The notes: generated from the sequence alone by a model not told the origin. Shown: positions 1 through 14,030, counted from the stretch's first letter. The stretch is 64,000 nucleotides of DNA from Octopus bimaculoides (GCF_001194135.2 NC_068986.1:32061802-32125801), one strand, 5' to 3'. Made by a program: numbers and translations.

Positions 1-45
1 ATATATATATATATATATATATATACATATGCGTATAGGTATATC

Positions 46-104
<59 letters not shown>

Positions 105-262
105 GTGTATATATGCATGTATATGTATATATATGTATGTATGTATATATACATACATCTACGCATATATATAGATTCATTATTATACATACCTACATAA
201 ATATACGCATGCATAGATACATTTGTTCATGCTTTCACACATATGTGAATTAATACATGTTT

Positions 263-300
<38 letters not shown>

Positions 301-553
301 GGAGTGTGTGTGTTTATATCTATATATTTACACATACACATACCAATCATGCGTCCACAATGATACATATATTTATATAGAAAACCAATAGTAACACAGG
401 CGAAGATTAACAAAGACACACATACAACCACTTTCACACGCACACTCATAAGTGTAGACGTACTTACACGCACATAACATACTGTGTAATCAAATATCAG
501 TTGTGTGCCGACACACATGGACCCACACATGTATACATATATATATATATATA
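1..553. repeat. Compound (TA)n/(CA)n/(TG)n microsatellite region running into an assembly gap
   Basis: Dinucleotide runs read directly; N gap starts at 554. Confidence 0.95.
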
Positions 554-1205
554 NNNNNNNNNNNNNNNNNNNNNNNNNNNNNNNNNNNNNNNNNNNNNNN
601 NNNNNNNNNNNNNNNNNNNNNNNNNNNNNNNNNNNNNNNNNNNNNNNNNNNNNNNNNNNNNNNNNNNNNNNNNNNNNNNNNNNNNNNNNNNNNNNNNNNN
701 NNNNNNNNNNNNNNNNNNNNNNNNNNNNNNNNNNNNNNNNNNNNNNNNNNNNNNNNNNNNNNNNNNNNNNNNNNNNNNNNNNNNNNNNNNNNNNNNNNNN
801 NNNNNNNNNNNNNNNNNNNNNNNNNNNNNNNNNNNNNNNNNNNNNNNNNNNNNNNNNNNNNNNNNNNNNNNNNNNNNNNNNNNNNNNNNNNNNNNNNNNN
901 NNNNNNNNNNNNNNNNNNNNNNNNNNNNNNNNNNNNNNNNNNNNNNNNNNNNNNNNNNNNNNNNNNNNNNNNNNNNNNNNNNNNNNNNNNNNNNNNNNNN
1001 NNNNNNNNNNNNNNNNNNNNNNNNNNNNNNNNNNNNNNNNNNNNNNNNNNNNNNNNNNNNNNNNNNNNNNNNNNNNNNNNNNNNNNNNNNNNNNNNNNNN
1101 NNNNNNNNNNNNNNNNNNNNNNNNNNNNNNNNNNNNNNNNNNNNNNNNNNNNNNNNNNNNNNNNNNNNNNNNNNNNNNNNNNNNNNNNNNNNNNNNNNNN
1201 NNNNN

Positions 1206-1238
<33 letters not shown>

Positions 1239-2100
1239 CATACTACATACTGATATACATGTAAATATATATACAGATATATGTGTGTGCGTGTGTATGT
1301 ATATGTGTGTATAGATAGGTAGATAGATTGACAGATTAGATATATAGATTGTTAGATAGGTGGATATCATGCATGAACGCGCACACGTAGAATGCGATTC
1401 TATGTGATATTGTGTTGAAAATAATGTCTAGCATGTTGCATCGGTTCCTCTCGTTGCATCATCGTCAACGCAAAAACGCTAGTACGTTCTGTCATGTTTC
1501 CTTGTAACATTACCCTCTTAGTATAAAGCAGTGCGCATGCTCAAGCATATACTTGTTCACACCGTCAAATGTCCGCCATTTTTTTTTGTTCTTGTTTTAC
1601 TCTGCTTGTTCTAATATAGCTATCGCATTGCCTTCAATCGCAACCACAAGTATCTGAGTTTGCGGCTCATAATTTTTATAATATTATTTGGCATGCGGTA
1701 TAATTCTATATATGTGATAGATAACTGGATATAGGTTTTATATTAGAAATCACATGTTATCTTTATCATGATATAATCTGTAATAATTTTAAGTAGAGAA
1801 CAAAATATGCAAAAAAACAAACTATAACACACACACGCACGCACACACACAATTACACAAACAAACAATATAAAAAGAAACTAAAGATAAACGAAACATT
1901 TGCCTGTAAGCGATTGTTCCCTATTGTGTTTTTATTAAATTTTAAATATTGTTATTGCTATCTCAGCGTTCATTTAGTTTTATTATATTATGCAAACAGA
2001 TACAGACACGTACGCACACACATGCGCGCATACATATGCCCACACATGTAAACATACATACATACGTATATATATATATATATATATGTATGTATACATA

Positions 2101-2136
<36 letters not shown>

Positions 2137-2597
2137 TATACATTTATATATTATATCTCTCTATATCCATATACATACACACAAACGCATATTAGCACGT
2201 GTGTATACACAATATGCATATCTTATATATCCATTCGTACGTATACACATGCGTACAAAAACATTCATGCGCTCATAGAAGCATGTATGAAAATATACAT
2301 ACATGCTGAATCACGTACATCCGTATATGCGCATACTTTCTATTAAACACACAAACACACACATATATATATATATATATAGAAACAAAATGAAAACAGA
2401 TCCACGCATGCAGAAATACACAAGCACACACATGTAAAAATATGAAAACAAAGAAGAAATAAAATTGAGGAAGAAATAAAAACAACAGACGCCCACACAT
2501 AAAATTCACATATCCACACAATTTTAACGTGTGAACACACTGAAAGATACGCACATGAAATGTTAAACACACAATCTCAAACATGCACATACATACA

Positions 2598-2647
<50 letters not shown>

Positions 2648-2917
2648 TTCACACATACTGACATATTAATACATACGCACATAAAACTCGAAACGAGCCC
2701 CAATCACGTTGAAAAATCACACACCGTAAACGCGAACTAAGATTAACGGCCATATAAAATTCACACAAGCAAACGCATGTATCCATTGCCAGACATAGAC
2801 ACGCCTAAACACAGATGCAGTAACATACATTGACACGAATACTTATACATATATATACATACACGCACATGTATACTCAAATATACGCATATCATACGCA
2901 CACAGAAATTTGAACAC

Positions 2918-2960
<43 letters not shown>

Positions 2961-3231
2961 TATGTTAAACATACGTATATGTACATTGAGAAATACACAT
3001 AGAAAATATCCATACCATCGTGGTAGAAGCAGGCATACGAACAAATATGATAATACATACGTACACAAGCATACACATATGAATTGACGCATTGAGGCAG
3101 ATCCATAAATTTACACACATACACCCGTGCGCACACACGCAGTCACATATACATATACACACTCATACACACACGCTCATTCACTCCCTACGCGTCGATC
3201 ATTTTCACACGCCCATAAAATAGAAACATAC

Positions 3232-3645
3232 GTGGCTGTGTGGTAAGAAGCTTGCTTTCCAACCCCATGGTGCTGGGTTCAGTTCCATTGCGTGTCACCT
3301 TGGGCAGGTGTCTTCTATTGTAGCCTCAGGCCGACCAAAGCCTTGTGAATGGTTTTGGTAGACGGAAACTGAAAGAAGCCCGCTGCATATTAATATATAT
3401 ATATATATATATTCATGTGTGTGTGAGTTTGTTTTATGTGTCTGTGTTTGTCCCCCCCCCCCACTACCGTCACTTGACAACCGATGCTGGTGTGTTTATG
3501 TCTCCGAAACTTAGCCCTCCGGCAAAAAGAGACCGATAGAATAAGTACTAGACTTCCAAAGAATAAGTTCTGGGGGTTGATTTGTTCGGCTAAAGGCGGT
3601 GCTCCTGCATGGCCGCAGTCAAATGACTGAAACGTGTAAAAGAGT
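3232..3645 (+). mobile_element. tRNA-derived SINE, family A (CORE-like 'ccttgggcaag' centre, internal TA/TG microsatellite), near full length
   Basis: A/B-box-like head (tggtaagaagc...ggttcagttcc); homologous along its length to 24891-25322 and 29125-29523; shared tail gcatggccgcagtcaaatgactgaaac. Confidence 0.85.
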
Positions 3646-3813
3646 ATGCAAATATACTAACACAATCTCACATAACCCCCGCACACACATACATGCACAC
3701 ACACATACACACATACACATACACACACAAAACAGTTTCTGCCTGTCTGTCTGTCTGTCTCCCTCACACTCATACACTCCCACATACACACGTTTATTGA
3801 CATAAATATCCCG

Positions 3814-3857
<44 letters not shown>

Positions 3858-4042
3858 TTATGCACATACACCTGCATTCATACATACTTTCGCACACACA
3901 CACACACACACATCACAGATACACACACACAGATCACACACAAATGTAGAGATAAAGAAAAGTACATTGAATTTGTGTGGATATGTGTGTAGAAACACAC
4001 ACACACACACTCACATATATATATGTACACATAAACACACAA

Positions 4043-4078
<36 letters not shown>

Positions 4079-4407
4079 GCAAATACACACACCAATACAC
4101 ACACATATACAGGAGAACATACATTGTAATCATCGTAAAAAGACACACTCAGTCAGAGAAGCACATAAACACACGTACATACGTACATACACACACACAA
4201 ACACAAACACATACCTCTATGTGTGTATGTGTACGCGCGTGTGTGTGTGTGTTTTATTTTAATTTTAATTTTTTCCTTAATTTAATTATCCAACCTAATC
4301 TAACAGTTTTAGTCTCTATGCACAAGTGGCAGAGCAATTTCAACATTATCATTGCTGCCATCATTACTCTGTGTGTGTCACTCTTGCCCTCCCTCCTCCA
4401 ACCATTT

Positions 4408-4429
4408 ATCATCATCATCATCGTCGTCG

Positions 4430-4481
<52 letters not shown>

Positions 4482-4768
4482 TCTTATCATCATCATCATC
4501 CTTCTTATCATCATCATCATCATCATCATCATCGTCGTCGTCATTATCCTCCTCCTCCTCCTCCTCCTCATCATCATCATCGTCGTCGTCGTCGTCATTA
4601 TCCCCCTCCTCCTCCTCCACCTCATCATCATCATCACAGTCATGATCATGACCATGGTCATTATCATCATCGTCGCTGTCCTCATCATCATTATCATCAT
4701 CATCATCATCATCATCACCACCAAGACCACCACGACCACCACCATCATTATCATTATCATCATCATCA

Positions 4769-4808
<40 letters not shown>

Positions 4809-5160
4809 GGGCGTCGTCTTCGTCGACGTCACATCAGCCAATGTATCGCCCTCGCGGTGGTGTACGTGCTCATTATGCCTATCATGGCTATCGTGATCAT
4901 CATGGTGGTGATCATCCCCGTCGCCGTCGTTATCGTCATCGTCGTCGCCGCCGCCGCCATCATCGTCGTCATCGTCATCATACATAGTAGTCGCCATTGT
5001 GGTGGTGGTCATGGCGGTAGTCGTCGGGATGCTGGTTGTGGTGGTGGTGGTGGTGGTGGTGGTGATGATGGTCGTCGTTGTAGTCGTCGTAGTCGTCGTA
5101 GCAAACATCACCATCATCATCATCGTCATCACTAACATCATCAGCCTCCTCTCCATCATT
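4408..5160. repeat. Degenerate (CAT/CGT/CCT/GGT)n trinucleotide array
   Basis: Read directly; source of the poly-H/I/S/D/M ORFs in the track. Confidence 0.95.
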
Positions 5161-5597
5161 AACATCTACATGGTCACATAATCGTGAATACTGTGTACTG
5201 TACAAAAAACACCTTGTCATAAAAAATATAATTGACATCCATTATACACGCCTGCTTGCGCAATTTTTCGCTGCATGTATATATATATATATATATANNN
5301 NNNNNNNNNNNNNNNNNNNNNNNNNNNNNNNNNNNNNNNNNNNNNNNNNNNNNNNNNNNNNNNNNNNNNNNNNNNNNNNNNNNNNNNNNNNNNNNNNATC
5401 AATTCTTCCGTCTCACGCCAACTTCAAAAGAATTTCAGTCATAAAACTGTCCATGTCTCTTTTCATTTGATGCCCACTTCAAAAGATCCTCTTTCCCCAA
5501 AACACATATTAAAAAATATTTTCACTTGTCCTGCAATTGACCTCAGTACGCATTTGATTGGATCTAGTTTCAGCTCATGAGCTATGGCCATGCTGGG

Positions 5598-5640
<43 letters not shown>

Positions 5641-6515
5641 CATACACAGACGCACACGTCAAGATCACCAGCCCTCTTCCACACGCATATACGAACTCTC
5701 TTATACACTCGCACGCGCACCTTCATTTTGGGATCACCACTACTTTATTATCTCCCTTTCTTCCTAGTTCTCATGTGTGACCCTCCTGTCCGGCATTCGC
5801 CATGATAGATCGCTAACCATTACAAATTCTTGTGTTCTCTCCTTGTTTCTTTCTGTGTTCCTTTAACTTCACAGTCTCACATAACCGACCAGCAAAGAAA
5901 CTGCGGTTTCATATGCTCGATAAGAGTGACCAACCAAACTTATACACATACTTTCTTTTCAAAATGGACACTACATTAAATATTCCATATATTTGGACAG
6001 TATGGCAACAATAAAGATCCCTATGGTCATTTTTTAAAGCATTGGTCAATTGATTTTTTTTACTTTTACCATCATCATGGTGAAGCATATTGGTTTACTC
6101 AAACAACCGAATCACTAACAACATCTAAAACAGCAGTAACCAGGCAATATGAAAAAGTATAAGAACAACGAGCATATTTACACAAAATGCAAATAAAATT
6201 CTTTGTAACTTTAAGTAACCAGGTGCATAATTTCGATAAATATCGAGATAAAAGCTACTTTCTCGTGTATCTGAAAAGATCTGTACGTTTTCGGTATTCA
6301 TTTTTGAAAAGTTCTAACTTCTCAGTGAAACTTATGACGATTCGTCGCCGGATAAGAATAACGTGGATAAGAACAGAATGTTCAAATCTAAAACAGGATG
6401 GAATACGTACCTTACAACAATACTACTACGTACGATACGAATGCATGAACGTATGAAACAAACTGAGAGAAGCAGGAAACTTGTTAATATTATAAAGATA
6501 CACCATCTACACGCA

Positions 6516-6586
<71 letters not shown>

Positions 6587-7021
6587 NNNNNNNNNNNNNN
6601 NNNNNNNNNNNNNNNNNNNNNNNNNNNNNNNNNNNNNNNNNNNNNNNNNNNNNNNNNNNNNNNNNNNNNNNNNNNNNNNNNNNNNNNNNNNNNNNNNNNN
6701 NNNNNNNNNNNNNNNNNNNNNNNNNNNNNNNNNNNNNNNNNNNNNNNNNNNNNNNNNNNNNNNNNNNNNNNNNNNNNNNNNNNNNNNNNNNNNNNNNNNN
6801 NNNNNNNNNNNNNNNNNNNNNNNNNNNNNNNNNNNNNNNNNNNNNNNNNNNNNNNNNNNNNNNNNNNNNNNNNNNNNNNNNNNNNNNNNNNNNNNNNNNN
6901 NNNNNNNNNNNNNNNNNNNNNNNNNNNNNNNNNNNNNNNNNNNNNNNNNNNNNNNNNNNNNNNNNNNNNNNNNNNNNNNNNNNNNNNNNNNNNNNNNNNN
7001 NNNNNNNNNNNNNNNNNNNNN

Positions 7022-7075
<54 letters not shown>

Positions 7076-7116
7076 CTAGCAATAAGAAAATGGAGTGGAA
7101 TATGAGGAGAATATGT

Positions 7117-7158
7117 GGATCAACTGGAACCCTCACCGTCGAAACCGACGGAGTGCCA
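7117..7158 (+). mobile_element. 3' tail fragment of SINE family C
   Basis: ggatcaactggaaccctc..gtc..aa.cgacggagtgcca matches the 3' ends of the copies at 49569-49948 and 63590-63980. Confidence 0.7.
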
Positions 7159-7789
7159 TTTTTCTTTTGATGTATTTATTTATTTATTTATATACACATT
7201 CACTATTTAATTGACCGAAGTTATAAATGGTCTTACACATATGTTTGTGTGTATGCGTGAATGTATGTGTATATAAGATTCGCAGATTTTTACAAATCTG
7301 TAGATGACAATGCTCTTCTTAGTATGAGGAAAGATATCAATCCCTCAATAAAATTCAGAATACTTTAAAAAAACCCGCATAAAAAAAATGACACCTTCAC
7401 AGAATCTATAAAGTGTATTAACGTAACTTTAAAAAAATATTTAGATTTAAGATCCAGTGTTTATATTAAGCAAGCTTTATACGGAGATAAAATCTGTTTT
7501 AAGTTGATCTCTCAGGCTATTACAAATAAACATTACTGTTTTTCTTATGCATACATAAAGCTGTAGTTTTTTTTTTCTGTACTAGGTAAGTCTGTATCAA
7601 TTTGGAGAATTTTTTCCTTGCTTTGTACAGTGTTTGTAAACAGTTGATGCCATTCTCTTGCAGGAAAATTTTCATCTGAATCTATGTTGTTAATTGATAT
7701 GTGTTTTCTGATGTTAAAATACGAAATACGTATGTGTCCTTCCATAGCTGCGCAGTCCAATAATTAAATGTATATATATATATATATAT

Positions 7790-7946
7790 TGTTGTACTTG
7801 GGGATGGTCATATTACCAGTTTAGCCAATAAAAACACACGCACTGTATATTTGGTGTTAATTTGCTTCAGCTTTATATTACATTAATCTTAATCTTATTT
7901 CGGCCAGAGTTCTTTCGTCACACTTCTGTGACCTCATCAGTGGTCC
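7790..7946 (-). mobile_element. Probable Penelope-like element terminal repeat (pLTR) fragment: HHR plus about 110-nt AT-rich tail, between (TA)n tracts and next to a gap
   Basis: Contains a minimal type I hammerhead. PLE assignment rests on the established link between such HHRs and PLE termini; no RT or GIY-YIG ORF is visible. Confidence 0.55.
7902..7946 (-). ncRNA. Minimal hammerhead ribozyme motif
   Basis: Minus strand: GGACCA-CUGAUGA-G-GUCACA(GAAG)UGUGAC-GAAA-G(AA)C-UC^UGGCC. Intact core, 6-bp stem II, 2-bp stem III, CUC triplet, stem I CCA/UGG extendable with one bulge. Confidence 0.7.
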
Positions 7947-9283
7947 TATATATATNNNNNNNNNNNNNNNNNNNNNNNNNNNNNNNNNNNNNNNNNNNNN
8001 NNNNNNNNNNNNNNNNNNNNNNNNNNNNNNNNNNNNNNNNNNNNNNNNNNNNNNNNNNNNNNNNNNNNNNNNNNNNNNNNNNNNNNNNNNNNNNNNNNNN
8101 NNNNNNNNNNNNNNNNNNNNNNNNNNNNNNNNNNNNNNNNNNNNNNNNNNNNNNNNNNNNNNNNNNNNNNNNNNNNNNNNNNNNNNNNNNNNNNNNNNNN
8201 NNNNNNNNNNNNNNNNNNNNNNNNNNNNNNNNNNNNNNNNNNNNNNNNNNNNNNNNNNNNNNNNNNNNNNNNNNNNNNNNNNNNNNNNNNNNNNNNNNNN
8301 NNNNNNNNNNNNNNNNNNNNNNNNNNNNNNNNNNNNNNNNNNNNNNNNNNNNNNNNNNNNNNNNNNNNNNNNNNNNNNNNNNNNNNNNNNNNNNNNNNNN
8401 NNNNNNNNNNNNNNNNNNNNNNNNNNNNNNNNNNNNNNNNNNNNNNNNNNNNNNNNNNNNNNNNNNNNNNNNNNNNNNNNNNNNNNNNNNNNNNNNNNNN
8501 NNNNNNNNNNNNNNNNNNNNNNNNNNNNNNNNNNNNNNNNNNNNNNNNNNNNNNNNNNNNNNNNNNNNNNNNNNNNNNNNNNNNNNNNNNNNNNNNNNNN
8601 NNNNNNNNNNNNNNNNNNNNNNNNNNNNNNNNNNNNNNNNNNNNNNNNNNNNNNNNNNNNNNNNNNNNNNNNNNNNNNNNNNNNNNNNNNNNNNNNNNNN
8701 NNNNNNNNNNNNNNNNNNNNNNNNNNNNNNNNNNNNNNNNNNNNNNNNNNNNNNNNNNNNNNNNNNNNNNNNNNNNNNNNNNNNNNNNNNNNNNNNNNNN
8801 NNNNNNNNNNNNNNNNNNNNNNNNNNNNNNNNNNNNNNNNNNNNNNNNNNNNNNNNNNNNNNNNNNNNNNNNNNNNNNNNNNNNNNNNNNNNNNNNNNNN
8901 NNNNNNNNNNNNNNNNNNNNNNNNNNNATGTATGTATGTTTGTATGTATGTATGTATGTATGTATGCATGCATGCATGTGTGTATGTATGTATATATGTT
9001 TGTGTGTGTATGTATGCATGTATGTATGCATGTATGTATGTATGTATGTATGCATGTATGTATGTATGTATGTATGCATGTATGCATGTGTGTGTGTGTG
9101 CGTGTATGTATGTGCATGTGTGTATGTGCATGTGTGCCTGTTACACCCAGACACGCCTACATGCATACATACATACATACATACATACATACATACATAC
9201 ATACATACATACATACATGCATAGAATGTATAATGAAAGAGGAAATAGATACGGAAAGCGGTCAGAATGCGAAGTAGATAGAT

Positions 9284-9326
<43 letters not shown>

Positions 9327-9880
9327 GAGAGAGAGAAAGAAAGAGAGAGAGAAAGATAGAGAGAGAGAGAGAGAGAGGGAGAGAGGGAGAGAGAAAGAGA
9401 AAGAGAGAGTCATTGAGGGTTATGAGAGAGGCTACATATTTTCCACATGTATAACACATGAAATTGGCGTGGCTCTTAACTTCGTCATTCCGTATCAACA
9501 AAGTCAGCACTGACAACAGCAACAACAACAGGAGCAAGAACAACAGAAACAGCAGCAAGAACAAGAATAACAAAAACATCACCAGCAGCAGCAGCAACCG
9601 CAGCAGCAGCAACCGCAGTAGCAGCATCAACAACGGCAATATCGTTAGACACTTAGCACGATGCAATGGATCGTGATGTACTAGAATCTGGAGTACGATT
9701 CCTTTCTAATTCATAGGATCCCTAACACAAGACACTGACCATTTCCTCAATGCCACATCACTCTCAGATTTCGTGATAGGTGAAGTGAATACTTTCTTGG
9801 CCACATTTTTGCTCCCTCACCCTCCATTTCGTTTACATGGAGCATTCCAGCAAAGATAATGTACCATGACGAAAAGCCGA

Positions 9881-9911
<31 letters not shown>

Positions 9912-9922
9912 AATGATGTTGG

Positions 9923-9954
<32 letters not shown>

Positions 9955-11045
9955 GTGATGATGATGGTGATGACGACGACGGCGACGATGCTGATAACGA
10001 TCTGGTGTAGAATTCCAGTACGGCCGCAACAGCTATTAGTTGAGATGGCCTCATTTAGCCGGTCAGCGATAGGAAATCTGGATCGCGCAAGATTCTATGA
10101 TGCTTGAACTTGAAATGTGTTCGAGCAAATGTTCATTCCGCAGCACTGGCTCGGAGTTCGTTCCAATGCTGTACAACTGACTGTGAAACTAAAGGAAAAC
10201 ATTGCTGCTATTACAATATCTGAATGTAATTCAGTTTAATTTGAATTATCTGTTCAGTCGCCCCATTCAAATATATTTCATGCGACATCGAATATAATTT
10301 TAATATGATCTGGTCTAGTTATTTATAGAACTGCACCCTGCCTGGTTAAATGTCCGAATAGAAATAATTCTGAGGGCGTTTGTCTGCATTTATTCATTGG
10401 CAATTCGGTAAAATTCAACAAGCCTTTTTTGACTCACTAAACTTTAGCCCATTTAAGCGTCTATAATACTGAACGGAGTGTTCATTGCTTAAATGTATCG
10501 CCATCAAATTTGTTGCAATTGCGTGATGGTTTCATTATAATATTCTGCTGGAAAGTTATTTTGTTTTAAACATTTCTATTCGATTTTTTCAATTATCTCA
10601 AATTCCTTAATAAAATTCACACCCTAAGGAGATATATACCTTAGCTACTTGCCACTTTATCTTAGCAGATAAGATATCTACGTTATTAAAAATGTTATCA
10701 AACCTACATTTAAAAAGAAAAAAAAAACCGTTAAAGAAATGGCGGATATTGATGTAACGTTTTCACTTCCGTCTGAATTTTTGGAGAATTTTTTGGATTA
10801 AAAAATATTTTGTTCGATCTTAATCAATAAAAACTAAATTTCTTTTGTTTTTCTTAAACACTAACATTATTTTTGTTTGTTTGGCGTAGCAAGAGTTATG
10901 CAAACTTGTTTACTCTGATACAAAAATATTTACTGCGGTGGATGAATTCAGACGGTTTAACACATGACAGTAAATACTACACAGGACTGAGGACAGAATG
11001 AGAGAAGGAGAGGAAGGAGAGGAAGGTATAGGAAGAAGCAAATAA

Positions 11046-11143
<98 letters not shown>

Positions 11144-11653
11144 CGAGACAGTGAGAGTGTGGGAGTTATTCCAGTAAATATCATTGATGAATTTTGTTCA
11201 AGAATACGGTTAACTGCTGAGTTATGGACGACAACTTTTCTGTTGAATCTGAAACTTAATGTTTTCAGCTTTTCCTGTTTCAACAACACAGCTTCATTTG
11301 TTACTAATTAGGAGACATTGATCAAAGCTACCTGGAATCCTGCTTTCCGTCTCCTTCCTTAAAATAAAATACATATCGTCGGTATGAACATAAGTATGTG
11401 TGTATGAGTGTGTCGTTGTGTGTGTGTAGGAGTGTGTTAGCAGGTATGTGGAAGAGAGAAGAGAAAGAGGGGGAAAACTAGTATGTATATGCTTATATAT
11501 GTATACGATACATACACGCAGTAAAAGACTGGTCATGTGACTGATTATTGAAATGCAAATAGTATTTGTCTATGTGATATTGTTGAACATACACACAGAC
11601 AAATCGCAAGCAGCATAAACACCATCTCTCAAACCAAACACCACAAACAACTG

Positions 11654-11731
<78 letters not shown>

Positions 11732-11789
11732 AATCTATCTATCAATCTATCTATCTATCTATCTATCTATGCATATACACCTTCTAATA

Positions 11790-11858
11790 TACAAGGTTAT
11801 TCAAATCGAATGAACCAATTTCATTACGCAATATTTTAATAAGAAAAAGCAATCGAAG
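11790..11858 (-). mobile_element. Isolated second copy of a Tc1/mariner terminal inverted repeat end
   Basis: TA+caaggttattcaaatcgaatgaaccaatttcattacgcaatattttaataag...gcaatcgaag is nearly identical to 11985-12053. Confidence 0.8.
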
Positions 11859-11984
11859 TGTTGGAGGAGAGGTACGATGTTGAGGAAGAGTTTCTTTATT
11901 TTGTTGAATTGCGTCAGTCCACTTTTGGTCGCATGAGGTGGTCATGATCCTTCCACAACAATTATATATATGTATTAGTAGGTA

Positions 11985-12250
11985 TACAGGGTTATTCAAA
12001 AAGAATGAACCGATTTCATTACGCAATATTTTAATAAGGAAATGCAATCGAAGACTCCAGCTAAGTCACAAGTATTTACTCACAATCAACTTTTATTTCC
12101 TGTCTTACAAGTGTTTTATGTGGCCACCACCTGCAGCACGGGCAACATCAATGCGATAAGAGAATTCCTCCCAGACGCGTATCAGCAGATCACGATCCAC
12201 TGAGTTGATTGCTGTTGTTATTTGATGTTTAAGGTCATCGAGGTTAGTGG
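11985..12250 (-). mobile_element. Right end of a Tc1/mariner-superfamily transposon (transposase C-terminus, 3' UTR and TIR)
   Basis: Minus strand reads TNLDDLKHQITTAINSVDRDLLIRVWEEFSYRIDVARAAGGGHIKHL*, a typical IS630-Tc1-mariner C-terminus; ends in TA+cagggttattcaaa. Confidence 0.8.
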
Positions 12251-12407
12251 ATTGCACTGACTCNNNNNNNNNNCCAGACGCGTATCAGCAGATCACGATC
12301 CACTGAGTTGATTGCTGTTGTTATTTGATGTTTAAGGTCATCGAGGTTAGTGGATTGCACTGACTCCACCGCGGTTAGTGGGTAGCAGTGGAGTTTTCTC
12401 GCTACCC

Positions 12408-12545
12408 ATGACCTTAAACATCAAATAACAACAGCGATCAACTCAGTGGATCGTGATATGCTGATACGCGTCTGGGAGGAATCCTCTTATCGCGTTGATG
12501 TTGCCCGTGCTGCAGGTGGTGGCCACATTGAACACTTGTAAGACA
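12408..12545 (+). pseudogene. Inverted second copy of the same transposase C-terminal fragment
   Basis: Plus strand DLKHQITTAINSVDRDMLIRVWEESSYRVDVARAAGGGHIEHL*; reverse complement of 12101-12238 with few mismatches. Confidence 0.85.
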
Positions 12546-13456
12546 CCTTTTTTCCTTTCGTACCTATACTTTTCATCTCTTCCTCTTCTCTCCTTCCTCC
12601 ATACATTGTCTCATTCAAACATACTCGCTTGCTCGAATGCTGACAACCATACTCTCATTACTGGTCTATCATTCTCAATTACTTGTCAATTCCTACTTTC
12701 TTTTTTTCTTTTCCGTCACTTCCTCTTCCTCAACATCGTACCGCTCCTCCAACACTTAAACATCGTCTGCTCCAATGAAATATATTTTCCATTAATACCA
12801 CTTTACAACAGCATAACGCATATCGGCCTAGATGTAACCTCAATACCAACACGGTAGACCATCTCTGCTCTAAAGCTGAATTTATTTTTTTAAAGGATTG
12901 CATTGACACGCGATTAGCCACATTATTTACTACTGACGACTCCGCTGCCCTTGATTTATTCAACTTCTCTTTAATTTCTAGCTTTAATATTCGAGTAAAT
13001 ATTTTAACAACACATGTATATTTACATATATAAGCTTGTGCACTTTTAACAATTACCTATATGCATACACACGTGTGTAGCAGTATTACGTCAGAATATT
13101 GTTACAGTCGTAAAGTATATCTCATAACTGGTTTCTTTTGATTACGACCTGCATCCTAAGCGTAATTGCTAAGGTCAGAATTGAAAGTGATTTCTCAAAA
13201 CATTCAAAGATATTCACAGGCTAAGTTAAACTTTAAATGATTATGTCTGCATACATGTATATACATGCATACATACATACATGGATGGATGAATAAATAC
13301 ATACATACACACATGCAAATATGCACACATACAATCATACATAAATGCGTACACACATATATACATACATACATATATACATACACACGCACGTAAACAC
13401 ACACAAACACGCGCGCGCACACACACATAAATAGATAAATACATAGATAGACAAAT

Positions 13457-13491
<35 letters not shown>

Positions 13492-13997
13492 ATACATGCA
13501 TATATCTACAGAGAGATAGGCAGAGAGACAGAGATAGAGGGAGAAAGAGAGAGAGAGAGACAGACAGACAGGGAGAGAGACAGACAGACAGGGAGAGAGA
13601 TAGCGGGAGAGAGAGAGACAGAGAAAAAAAAAGAGGGAGGTTATGAGTTTCAGTATATGTTTGTATATTTGTATAAGCATATCATTTTATACACATAGTT
13701 TCTTAATAGATGCTGCTAATAGTTTCATGCTGAGGAAACAATAATTCGGCAGATTTATATATTCATACCTTGTGTCTCCAAGCAATTCTTTCGGCTCGAG
13801 TTTACAAAATGGCTCTGTTGTGTATTCCAATTTGCTGGGAGACACAAGGCATGAAGTATAAATAATTATTGTGTTTCTACAGCATGAAAATATTAGTAGC
13901 ACATAATGAAATACTGTGTATATTAAGTGATATTTATCTCTCACAAGATCTAGTACATTTTTTGTTGAGCCTTCTAATAACGGTATAGTAACCTATA

Positions 13998-14030
<33 letters not shown>

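Noticed and set aside
3967-5165. Long poly-H/I/S/D/M/T ORFs (also 16-17 kb, 38.7-39.9 kb, 41.4-42.4 kb)
   Set aside because: Trinucleotide arrays lack stops in several frames on both strands; no splice structure or domain.
5875-6015. Exon after a strong acceptor at 5873-5874, with AATAAA at 6010
   Set aside because: The peptide (SHNRPAKKLRFHMLDKSDQ...) is unrecognised and nothing else supports it.
7545-7760. 71-aa minus-strand ORF (also 37391-37612, 12730-12963, 55747-56052)
   Set aside because: No recognisable motif; lengths are within chance expectation.
12171-12366. Exact 93-bp direct duplication (12171-12263 and 12274-12366)
   Set aside because: It straddles a 10-N gap; typical unmerged contig overlap.
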